A stretch of DNA of 64,000 bases from the human T2T-CHM13v2.0 reference genome, Homo sapiens, in the NCBI RefSeq assembly GCF_009914755.1, contig NC_060935.1; one strand, written 5' to 3'. This document shows, one piece after another, positions 52,930-64,000 of the stretch; within the stretch, counting starts at the first letter, position 1, and every line of letters starts with the position of its first letter. The notes under the pieces are model-generated. The model saw only the letters and a list, made by a program, of their open reading frames with translations. It was not told the DNA's origin and did not search any database. A program made the translations under genes and the position numbers.

Positions 52930-53682
52930 TAAACCACTATTTCAATAACTATGATTCTGCACTAAAATTTACTTTCTCACACGTATGACTTCCCAATTTG
53001 ACTTGGAAGGCAGAGGTACTACCCTAATTTTCTATCTGCAGAGCCTGCTATCAAAATAGCTAGCACATGCTCTACATGATTGCAAACTGAATGACGAATT
53101 AAATGAATTGAACATTATACTTCTAACATTATCTAAGAAGTACTACTATCCTTCCTAGATTCAGAAGTTGTTAATATCAATAGAATATGGCTTTTAAACT
53201 ATTTTTAAAAGAGTACTTTTTCGACAGTAATAGATTTATTTGATCTAATAAGATACTCTATTAATGAGACATCTAATAAAAAATACCTTCTTTAGTTAAA
53301 AGAGTTATAAACTTGAAAGTTATGTTGAAACAGTTTTGAAATTTTTTAGATCTGTAAAAATACAGATCAATAAATTTAGATACCATAGCAGTATTTATTT
53401 ACAACAATATACAAGGTATATGTGAATTTAATCACATTTACACTATATATAATCTATATAGTTTCCTTAAGAAAAGAAATTGCATACTTCTACATATTTA
53501 TATATAATTTATGTTACTCTTCAATTTAGGAATAAAGAATCGGTGAGAGAAGACACTCTGTATGTGTGACACAACTGTGAACACGTTATGGAAGCAGATC
53601 ATAACAATATGTGAAGAACGTGCCCAGAACAACCGAAGACCATCATGACAGCAGCAGAAGTGAGAATCTCCCAGGCACTCAC

Positions 53683-53828
53683 CTTTCAGAGCCATGGCTT
53701 TCATCTCTGAAGGCTCACTCTCATTCCGCTGCAGCTTTCGTTTAGAAACAGATGATGATTTCCCCAAGTTGAAAAAGGAACGCCAGCTACCCACAGGAGA
53801 CTTTTTCATCTTATTTTGAGGCCTCTTT
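53683..53828 (-). CDS. ARHGAP32: ARHGAP32 exon
   Basis: 146 nt, phase 2/1; KRPQNKMKKSPVGSWRSFFNLGK...; G|GTGAG donor. Confidence 0.95.
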
Positions 53829-54861
53829 CTATGAAAGAGAAAAAATAATCAACATTAAGATAGCCATGGGTCTGTCTTTTCTTACAGAAAAGAAATGAAC
53901 ACATGACAGAAAGAACCAAACAGGCTGGAGAAGCATAAGTGAAACAGTAAGCAAACATCCACCTTCCAGACAGCACACTCTACACAGTGCAGCCAAAGCA
54001 GAAAATGGATAGTAAACATGCAGATTTTAGTACTAGTAAATATTTTCACAAAGATCATTTTTATATATATCTTCATATTTGGATCCAACCTCACAAACTG
54101 AAAAATAAGTGAAAATAAGACGTATCTGGGAATAGGAAATATTAAGTGTCCAAAAATAACACAGAGTTAAAGAAAATGATTTTAGGTGTGAGTAGAGAAT
54201 AAAGGCAAACAAAGAAGACAAGGATTAAGAATAATAACAAACATATACTGAATGCCAGGCACTGTGCTACCTGCCTTATATGTAATATCTCCTTTAAATC
54301 AGATACAACCACATGAGGTAAGTACTATTATTCTCATTTTGCAGCCAAGGAAATTATGACACTAAGAAGTTCAAATAACTTCTTTAACATTATAAAACTA
54401 TTAAATGATGGAGTCAGAATTGGAACCCAGGCCAATCTACATCCCAGTATCTACTCTCTTAACTATTACTCCATAAATAAATCTTTGAGTAAATTATGGA
54501 ACTAGAATATAAAATCAAGATGCTAAAGACAAACTCAGGATGACAAAGTAAGAGTATGTTCCAACTTTTTGCTGATAGAATGTTTTTAGTCACAGGAAGT
54601 GAAAGGAAGTTAGAGGAGTATACTAAAATACGGGAAGAACAAATTCTAAAGTTATATTAGTACTACCCAATCCAGAGAATCAAAATCCTTACATTCATGT
54701 GTAATAGCCAAAGGAGTAGCAGAGACATCAAAAATAACTTTTACATACATTAGTCTTCCTACTATAACCTAGTAAAGAAGATACAGAAACCATGTTATTA
54801 TCATTTCTTTAGAGTAACAGAATTTCAGAGCTGGAAGGGACATTGAAAGAGTGAACTGCTG

Positions 54862-55048
54862 CAGTGGTTCTCAAGTCCTAGCAGACATCAGAATCACCTG
54901 GAAAGTTAGATGAATGACCAGTTGCTGGGTCCCACGCCCAGGGTTTCTGATTCAGCGGGTCTGGGGTGTGACTGGACGACTGCACAATGTGCACTTCTAG
55001 CAATTATCACCAGGTGATGCTGATGCTGTTGGCTGGGAGACCACACTA
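54862..55048. mobile_element. MER5-like hAT element
   Basis: CAGTGGTTCTCAA..CATCAGAATCACCTGG..CAGGTGATGCTGATGCTG. Confidence 0.75.
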
Positions 55049-55465
55049 TTAATCTCTTCTAACCTTAATGTGAAACCAATGTCAAACAAGTCACTGTCCA
55101 TTCCTGACTTTCTGAACAAACTCTTCCAACACAGCTTATTTCTAAACAACTTTATAAACAACATAGTTCAGAGAGCAAAATCAACCCATATAGTGACAGT
55201 ATATCCTTATTTTTCCAAACAATTTTCCCTATACCACTGATGTTCTTCTTTTATAAAATTACATGACATTGTAAAGCAAGAATCATTTGCATCATTCCCC
55301 ATGAAGCGGTAAGTATCATCCATATTCGAATAAACAGGTTTCTCTGGGACTAGCCTAGAATTCAATAGAGTAATACTAAAATACAAAATTAAAAGCAAAC
55401 TAAAAGAAAATAATAGGACATAGCTATGAAAATCATATCCCAAAATAGGATTTAACAAATTTTAC

Positions 55466-55661
55466 CTTTCAAGTGGGAACTCAATTATGGTATGAAATTT
55501 CCCCTGAAGTGCAGCAGGTCCTTCTCCTACTTCGATATATTTATTTTCCGTCACAATTGGAGAATTGACCTGAGCTTGTGTTCGTGCCTGGGCCTCTTCC
55601 AATGTCAGCAGTTTGGTGGATGGAGAGGATACCAGGAGGGACTTGGGCCTTGATAGAGAAG
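55466..55661 (-). CDS. ARHGAP32: ARHGAP32 exon
   Basis: 196 nt, phase 1/2; SLSRPKSLLVSSPSTKLLTLEEAQAR...KFHTIIEFPLE. Confidence 0.95.
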
Positions 55662-55799
55662 CTTCAAAAAGAAAAGGAAGCTGATGAAGAGAGTCAACTA
55701 CGTGAGTGTATTCAATTTGTTAGTATCTATCTCTCCATCTATCTACCTATCTGTTGTTTCAAATTTTCTTCAAGTATGTTAAATAGCAAAAACCATAGT

Positions 55800-56007
55800 G
55801 CTTTATATTAAATGAAAAACTGAAGGGGACATACCAGTGGCACACATACATACATATAAAACCCTTTAATAACTGTTTTCCTTTCTTAAAAGATATGAGA
55901 AAAGCTTTATATTAAATAAAAAACTGAAGGGGATACACCAGTGGCACACATACACACATATAAAACTCTTTAATAACTGTTTTCCTTTCTTAAAAGATAT
56001 GAGGAAA
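55800..56007 (+). repeat. 104-bp tandem duplication
   Basis: Copies start at 55800 and 55904, with about 6 mismatches. Confidence 0.93.
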
Positions 56008-56328
56008 GGTGATCAATCACTCAGATATTTTTAGTTTTGGAAGCAATTTTTCTTCTTCTGTTCCACTTTATACTTTAATACACATCAATAATGAACGACA
56101 AGTTTTTTAATGTGTCATGAACTTAGATCACAATAGGTCTCATATGTAGTATTCACTATATACACACAAAATAACTGTCAAATTGTGCATTTTGGTAAGC
56201 AGCCATACATTATTAGCTGCCTTATACCAGTGACACGTTTTTGTTGTTGCAATAAGAAATGCATGGTTTGCTACTCCTCTGGAAGCTGAGACACACCCTC
56301 CTGGTAGGAAGGGCCATCGGAGCCGTAC

Positions 56329-56474
56329 CTGCCCCCTCTTGCATGGCCATGCTGATTCTGCCGCTGAACAGCACATCAACGTGATTCAGGATGAACTCAA
56401 CAACCACAGACTGAATCCTCACTTCCATGAAAGCTGCTGTTCCACTGAAGCAGGCAGATTCTATCTGTTTTGAT
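56329..56474 (-). CDS. ARHGAP32: ARHGAP32 exon, end of RhoGAP domain
   Basis: 146 nt, phase 2/1; SKQIESACFSGTAAFMEVRIQSVVVEFILNHVDVLF... Confidence 0.95.
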
Positions 56475-56741
56475 CTGTGAGGTAAACATTTTCATCACAG
56501 AGTTGTAAAGATAGCAGTCGTCAAGGGCCTCTTTTTTTAAACGTGTAAATCTCAGACAAACAGAGGAAGAAATCATACTTTTACTGTCCCTTAGCTAAGG
56601 CCCAGTTGCCTGTTTTAGGGAGATGCAAATAAAAAGAACAGATTTGTTTAATCTTTTAAAAGTTTCCTTAAAGAACACTGATGAATCAGCCTTTTATTTA
56701 GGATTAGTTCTACTAAAATTAATAAGTGAAATGCAAATTAC

Positions 56742-56849
56742 CTTAACAGGTTTGGAGCCCAAACAATTGCTAGATTTTTTGCATGCATATTTGTGATGGA
56801 ACAATAGTCAGCTAGAAGAGACAAGTGTCTCATCAGGAACTCCAGTGTT
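56742..56849 (-). CDS. ARHGAP32: ARHGAP32 exon, RhoGAP domain
   Basis: 108 nt, phase 2/2; TLEFLMRHL...NMHAKNLAIVWAPNLL, a classic GAP C-terminal motif. Confidence 0.96.
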
Positions 56850-57385
56850 CTGGAAATAAAATACAACATATTAACAGAAAGAAACATGATGCAGCAGTAT
56901 AGAACATAAAAGCCTGCTAATTAATTCCTAAGTTTGCAATAGCAAAATGAAGAAAGGGACCATACAAACCCAAGAGAACTTTTTTTTCCTGCTTAACAGG
57001 TTGAAATATTACTATTAGAAGTGAATCTTCCACCAAAGCTAGTTTCTGGAACAAATAATATTTTGAAGTTATGCCATTCTACTTGCAGCAGACATACTAA
57101 CAGGAAAGGATTTCAACACTTCTATGAAAGAAAACAGTAATGTCTCAAAAGCCTTAAAACAGTTACAAGAAAAATTCCAATAGGCATCAAGGGGAGAATA
57201 TTTGAGCAAAGGATATGCTTTTGAAATAAAGAGCCTAATTCAAATCCTCATATTCTGGTTTATCTTGACTACTTAAAATTTGCTTTACTTAAACAATTCC
57301 ATATATATTGTGATTAAACAATAGGGAAGAGTACTTTTGAAAACAAGACATGATCACCTTAAATGTAAGTTAAACCAGGTAAGTG

Positions 57386-57387
<2 letters not shown>

Positions 57388-57431
<44 letters not shown>
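57388..57431. repeat. (TG)n microsatellite
   Basis: Directly visible. Confidence 0.95.
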
Positions 57432-57432
<1 letters not shown>

Positions 57433-57526
57433 TGTGCGCATGCACACACAGAGGTATTATCTATCACCTAGCATGTCTCAAAGCGTCCTACCTAATAGTG
57501 CCCAGAGTAAAACTACTAAAGACAAC

Positions 57527-57839
57527 GGGCTGGGTGTGATGGCTATTGCCTGTAATCTCAGCAGTCTGGGAGGCTGAGGCAGGCAGATCACTTGAACTCG
57601 AGAGTTCAAGACCAGCCTGGGCAACACAGTGAAACCCCATCTCTACAAAAAGTGTAAAAACAATTAGCTGGGTGTGGTGGTGCATGCCTGTAGTGCCAGC
57701 TACTCGGGAGGCTGAGGCAGGAGGATTGCTTCAGCCCAGGAAGGTTGAGGCTGCAGTGAGCTGTGATCATGCCACTGCACTCCAGCCTGGGTGACAGAGT
57801 GAGACCTTGTCTTTAAAAAAAAAAAAAAAAAAAAAAAAA
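57527..57839 (+). mobile_element. AluJ
   Basis: GAGGATTGCTT, GAGGCTGCAGTGAGCTGTGATC; long A tail. Confidence 0.93.
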
Positions 57840-58305
57840 GGACAATGAATGGGAGACAGAAATATAAGGCTGTATTATATGAAACAGTAATGAAAGATAA
57901 AATGTGGTCTACATCCGAGCCACAAAGATTCAGATGGGCCTAACATGAATTTGAGAGGAAAAGGAATATCATAGTTAGACTCGGCATTAGGCATTGTTCA
58001 AGAGGCTTTTACCAGCAGTCTCATTTAATTCTCATAATAGCTCTAACAAGCACAGAATTACCATTCCCCTTGTACCGAGGACAAAGTCAAGGTTGCTGGG
58101 GTTCCACAGACTAGCAGTGGCAGTGCTGCATTTCAAATCAAGGTCAGAGTGGCTCCAAAGTGCCTGTGCGTTCAAGGGCATTGTAGTTGCTTTACAGTTA
58201 AAATGGTAATTCTCTGTCTCTGCTGTATATAATTAAGAGAAGACAAACCGAAGTGAGGCTGGCCTGGGTATGACATAGAGGTGAGAAGCTTGAGAAACGT
58301 ATTTA

Positions 58306-58596
58306 GATCGCAAGGACAAAAAACCAAACACCGCATGTTCTCACTCATAGGTGGGAATTGAACAATGAGATCACATGGACACAAGAAGGGGAACATCACA
58401 CACCGGGGCCTGTTGTGGGGTGGGGGGAAGGGGGAGGGATAGCATTAGGAGATATACCTAATGTTAAATGACGAGTTAATGGGTGCAGCACACCAACATG
58501 GCACATGTATACATATGTAACAAACCTGCATATTGTGCACATGTACCCTAAAACTTAAAGTATAATAAAAAAATAAATAAATAAAATAGAATAAAG
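58306..58596 (+). mobile_element. 5'-truncated primate L1PA 3' end, antisense to ARHGAP32
   Basis: CAAACACCGCATGTTCTCACTCATAGGTGGGAATTGAACAATGAG ... CCCTAAAACTTAAAGTATAATAAAA. Confidence 0.95.
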
Positions 58597-59013
58597 CCAG
58601 GCTCCTCAGCCAAAAAAAAAAGAAAACCATGTAAAATTTTATTACTTGAGGAAGGTGAATGAAGGGAATGATTAAAGGACTTCAGGAATGTATTTTATGA
58701 GAATTGCAAATTTAAAAAACCAAAGACATCTATTTGGTTTGCCTATCTGATTATAAGGATGTCTTTAAAAGTTAATGTAGAATTTTAGTCAGGATTCCAC
58801 AAAATGAGCACTTTTATATTCAGCAGATGAGAGTGTGAATTGTATAAAACTTCGCAACCTGGAACGTAATTTGGATATTATTGTCTAATATTGAGAATAA
58901 TAATTTAGATTTCCAGAATTTCACTGCCAGGTCATTATCCTGTAATAAAAACATAATCTAGATACCATGTAAAAGGATGGCCCTCATAGTAATATTCAAA
59001 ATTGGAAAAGGAA

Positions 59014-59367
<354 letters not shown>

Positions 59368-59856
59368 TTAAATAACATGGCATATCCAAATGAGAGAACA
59401 TGATGGAAAATTACGCTTTTCAAGAACATCTAAGGAATTCAGAAATGTTAATGTTAAAATTTTGGATAAAAAGTCTATATCAAAAGATATACAAAGTAGG
59501 AGATACACACACATATAAGTTATAGTGAAGAAAAGAGTTACACAAGATATTGTATACATTATAAAGCAGGAGATATACGTGTACATATTAATAGCAGGCA
59601 AGGTATGAAATCCAGGTAGGGCATACATGGTAAGTAATATAATATATATTAGAAGACAGGCAAAGTGGATAATATTAGGATATATATACATATAAGTATC
59701 TATAGTCAAGCTATAAAATAGTGTGCAGAAGATATAAAACATATATGCAGTGTATATTATTGAACATCTATCTGCAAGACTCTATTCTGGAAATACAGTG
59801 ATAAACAAGACAGAATTCATGACCTCAAGTACCTTATGTTTTAGAAAGATTGTATA

Positions 59857-59945
59857 CAGATAGTCTCCAACTTACAATGGTTCAATTTATGATTTTTTGA
59901 CGTTTATGATGGTGCAAAGGTGATAAACATTAAACAGAAACCACA
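59857..59945 (+). mobile_element. MER47B-like Tigger fragment
   Basis: TA|CAGATAGTCTCCAACTTACAATGGTTCAATTTATGATTTTTTGAC. Confidence 0.65.
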
Positions 59946-59951
59946 ATTAGA

Positions 59952-60267
<316 letters not shown>

Positions 60268-60736
60268 TAAGCAATGTCATTTTGAAAAAAAAATTAAATT
60301 ACTTAATTTGCATATTACTAGAACATCCGCTGAGTTTAATTTCTTGTCAGTAATTGGAATTTTAAAATGTATCTTTTGTTTCTTTGCATACTGGAATCTA
60401 GTTTCTACTGTTGTCTTTTTCTAACTGGCAAAGTAACTTTCAATTTTATTCTGGCTTTCTCAGACATAACCATAAATATTTCCAACACTCCAAACTAACA
60501 CACAAATCAAATTAGGTTTTAAAATGTAGCAACAACAATAAAACCAAAGAAGAAACTAAAACAAACAAACAAAAAACCCCCAAGTTTAGTCAGCCATCCC
60601 TTTGTCCATCCATTCATTCATTCAACCTTTAAGTACCTATGGAATGCTAAACAGTGTGCCAGGCCCTGGGGATCTAAGGACAAATGAATATCTATACATA
60701 AACATATACATATACATATAGGTACACATACATATA

Positions 60737-60745
60737 GTGTGTGTG

Positions 60746-60816
<71 letters not shown>
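60737..60816. repeat. Compound (TG)n(TA)n microsatellite
   Basis: Directly visible. Confidence 0.95.
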
Positions 60817-60821
<5 letters not shown>

Positions 60822-60933
60822 GGAAGTTTAATTAGAACTCCAAGGAAGTTTAAATAGAAATCCAAAGGAAAAAAAAACGTTTACAGGTCAACCGACTTCT
60901 ACCTCTGCCTGGTATTTACCCACTGTGGCTGAC

Positions 60934-61016
60934 CTGTAGTGTGGTGGGGGGAGCTGCTGGATGACATCGTGGATTTTTATCAGCCTTTCTTCATCTGTTG
61001 CTGCTGAAACTGCATC
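60934..61016 (-). CDS. ARHGAP32: ARHGAP32 exon, RhoGAP domain
   Basis: 83 nt, phase 0/2; DAVSAATDEERLIKIHDVIQQLPPPHY. Confidence 0.95.
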
Positions 61017-61454
61017 CTAGAAGAGTCACAGTACAAAATAAACTAGTGAGCTCTGTTAGTAAAAATGAAAGTTCACTTACAATTCAGTTTTCACTCTGAG
61101 ATCAACTTGCTTTGCTCTTGGATGTGAAATGGCGAGGAAACACAACATTGTATTCAGGAAGTAAACTGTTTCCACACAGTGTGAACACTGAGATCTACGA
61201 AACTAATTTTAAAAAGGCTTGATGGTCATCAGTATTAAGTGTGACAAGACTAGCAGCTCAAAGTCAGAAAGCACAAGAATGACAATGTGAAAACAGCAAA
61301 GACCACCGACTAGCTGGCAATATTTGTTTTTTTAAGGAGTCATTTCAGTCACAGAACTATTTCTTACATGTGACCAAACCAAAGTTCATGTGTTTTGAAC
61401 AAAAGCACAGCAAAGTTCCACAAAGAATTAGATTCAAAAGTAGCCTGTACTCAC

Positions 61455-61599
61455 AGAAAATTTCTCATACAGCTGGTAGGTAAGCAGAGGGTTTGGGAGT
61501 TCCCGGAAGTACAGCTTACATAGGGAACCCACAGAATGGATGTCCTGAACATACGGTTCTTTCGTCAGGTCGGGGACGTGCTCAGAGTCAAATTCATGG
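61455..61599 (-). CDS. ARHGAP32: ARHGAP32 exon, RhoGAP domain
   Basis: 145 nt, phase 2/0; HEFDSEH...SLCKLYFRELPNPLLTYQLYEKFS; GTGAGT donor. Confidence 0.96.
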
Positions 61600-62950
61600 C
61601 TGACGTAGACAGAAGAGGACAAGCAAATCATTTGATTGAGGAGAGCAAATATGTGTCTTAAAAACAGAAAGCATAAGCTCCAAAAGTGTTCAGCTCTATC
61701 TCAGTGAGTTGCTATTATCTTCCATTAATTATATTTCATTTAAGTTGTGTTTGGACTTCAGCAACAACTGGATGTCTTAGTACAAGATAGATGTCTTTCT
61801 ATGTGGAAATTAAGGGCACAGCTTTAATATTAAAATGGACAATAGCCTCTGAGATACATATGAATGAACAGCTCTTATAGTACAACAGTCTGAAAACAGG
61901 ACTCCTAATTGCTAATGACTTGAATATCCAATATTTTGGCAATTCCAGAGACTAGTGTTGAATGGCAATTGATCTATGAACAATTATGAGCAGAAATTCC
62001 TCAGATACAGATTGTACAACACAGAAATGCTTTCCCGAAGCAGGATAAAAAAGTCAGAAACAACATAAAGCAATTCCTAGCTAACAACAAATTTTAATAG
62101 GCAGGAAAATCTGTATCATTAGAATGAGTAAAATAAAAGTTGTACGCAGAATAGTAAGGCAGAGTAAGCTCACTCTCCAGGAGGTTAATTAATATTCATC
62201 CACGGGCATGAGACCACTTATCATCTACCTAGAGGATTAATGTGTGTGTACAATATGAGATTTACTTTGTCTTAAACTGAAGACTGAAACTGTCTTTAGT
62301 ACAAGGACTAATTTATGTATTTTTCAAGCATGTATTTCCCAAAACTGAGATGGGCTCTATGATCTGTTAAAGTATTAAAATCTCTACAGAATAATGGCAG
62401 TTATCATGTACTACAGTAAAAAAGAAAGGGTAATGGCATGTCAAGAATAGTCTAGAATCCAAGAGATTAAGCAAAAATAAAATATTGCAGGCACAGAGTT
62501 TGTCACTGTTTTTGTCTCAGAGAAGATTTGGGGAGGATGTGAAATATGTAGAGATGCATACTTGAACATAAACACAGAATCAGGGTCAAAGGAGATTAGA
62601 AAATGTTCCATTCCCATCCATTTTAATTAACACCTAAAGAATAATTTTATTATAATGCAAATTTCCTCTCTCATGGCTGTCATCGGTTCAAACTCAATTT
62701 GTTAAAATCTTCAAACACTATAAAGAGGCAAAATACAAGTACTGAAGAGATTAAGGTGCATGGTTCTCTGATACTACAGATGAAAAAAATGCCATTTAGA
62801 AAAGTATACAGAGACAATAACATGTATATTATTTCCTATTTTATCTAAATTATCTTTAATGAAAATAGGTTATCAAAGTAAGTGAATCTGTTTTAAAATA
62901 TTTGCATTTTAATTAGTTAAGGAGTGAAAAAGTGCCATATAAGATTTTAC

Positions 62951-63053
62951 CGTAGTCTCTGGATATTGGAGGCAACACCAGAAAGGCGATAGATTCCATC
63001 CACGATGCCATATCTCTCAATGAATGCTGTGCAGCTTTGAAGAACCTGCGGCA
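62951..63053 (-). CDS. ARHGAP32: ARHGAP32 exon, RhoGAP domain with arginine finger (GIYRLSG; Arg codon 62986-62988)
   Basis: 103 nt, phase 1/2; PQVLQSCTAFIERYGIVDGIYRLSGVASNIQRL. Confidence 0.96.
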
Positions 63054-64000
63054 CTAAAGAGAATTTGTAAAGAAACAGATGAAATTGTAGTATTCACTGG
63101 AACCAAAGTTGCCAAAAAATAAGATTGTCTTAGTTTACAAAAGTAAAATAAAATTTGTAAATTAAAGTTAAAAGGAGCAAAAATTAATCCACTACAAAAA
63201 ATGATGAGGGTATATTTATTTAATTGCCCACCTAAATTAGATAACTAATTCCTGAATAATCAAGACTGGTTCTATGTCATGATATTTAAGTGAGTAAGAG
63301 AGTTCATACATTATTAGGACAGTCTTTCTTCTGCAGTAGACTCATTTAGATCATGTTACAGTTACACATTACAGCAAAGTGAACTGTTTAGTCCTAACAC
63401 CATGCCAGATTTTTAAGAAATACAGCTGTTCAGCTGACTTTCATATATAGCAAATGAATATATAAAGTTAAATGCTTGTCCCAACAACATAATTACTTGT
63501 AAGTGCTACAAAGTTTTGCTTCTAGAAAAGGATCTTCTATATTTTCATAGTTAATGCAAATTCTGACTTTATTCAATCAACAAAACACCAATATAATGCA
63601 AAGCCCAAGGCAATTTCAAACAGATGGAATCTTGTAATTTCCTGGCCATATTTACATTAACTTTATTGACATTTTGACTTTATATTATCAGCTTGTAATA
63701 CAGGGCACTCTCTCTGGTTAGCTCTATGAATATACACTGGACAGCTATGCTGGGGCATGCAGTATAAAACAGAATTTTCAAAATATATGATAAAGCATTT
63801 TATAACCATTCAAACATTTACAGCAGCTGAGAATTTAACAATAGTTGTTTTGCAATGCAGATTGATGAGTTTACAGACTTTAGTATGATCATTTGATAGG
63901 GTTAATTAAAATCCTTGAAAAGAAATGCTTGGAAAATTTGGTCTGCAAAGAGCTACTATACTAGAGATGAAACATTCAGAGTGGCAAATGAAACAAATAA

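Noticed and set aside
53394-53682. Intronic read-through ORF to 53498 plus AATAAA as a truncated ARHGAP32 isoform
   Set aside because: The GTGAG donor is strong, and hexamers are expected by chance in this very AT-rich intron.
54615-54640. TATACTAAAAT resembling U6 snRNA
   Set aside because: The match does not extend in either direction.

Overview
Human (primate) genomic DNA. The gene content matches chr11q24.3; I recognised this from the proteins, not from a lookup. Two minus-strand genes are present. (1) The whole TP53AIP1 (p53AIP1) gene at about 9.65-17.85 kb, with its intron-1 p53 response element at 15832-15851 and splice/poly(A) routes giving 124, 120, 108 and 86 aa products. (2) The last 11 coding exons of ARHGAP32 (RICS/p250GAP), 63053 down to the stop at 43821, plus a 3'UTR of about 3.8 kb; every splice phase closes. 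The rest is intergenic or intronic and rich in Alu, L1, L2, MIR, LTR and DNA-transposon remnants. Main hunt results: a 15-bp minisatellite at 5415-5925 whose unit is both telomere-like (GGGTTAGGG) and a match to the PRDM9 13-mer hotspot motif; two inverted duplications of about 88% identity (2011-2577 and 33621-36999) that are candidate inversion substrates; transposon-donated C-termini for TP53AIP1 (a truncated Alu supplies the alpha stop, an LTR supplies the beta terminal exon); and miR-132, G4 and Pumilio elements in the distal ARHGAP32 3'UTR that alternative polyadenylation could remove. There are no CRISPR, rRNA or tRNA features. Repeat subfamily names are by-eye calls.
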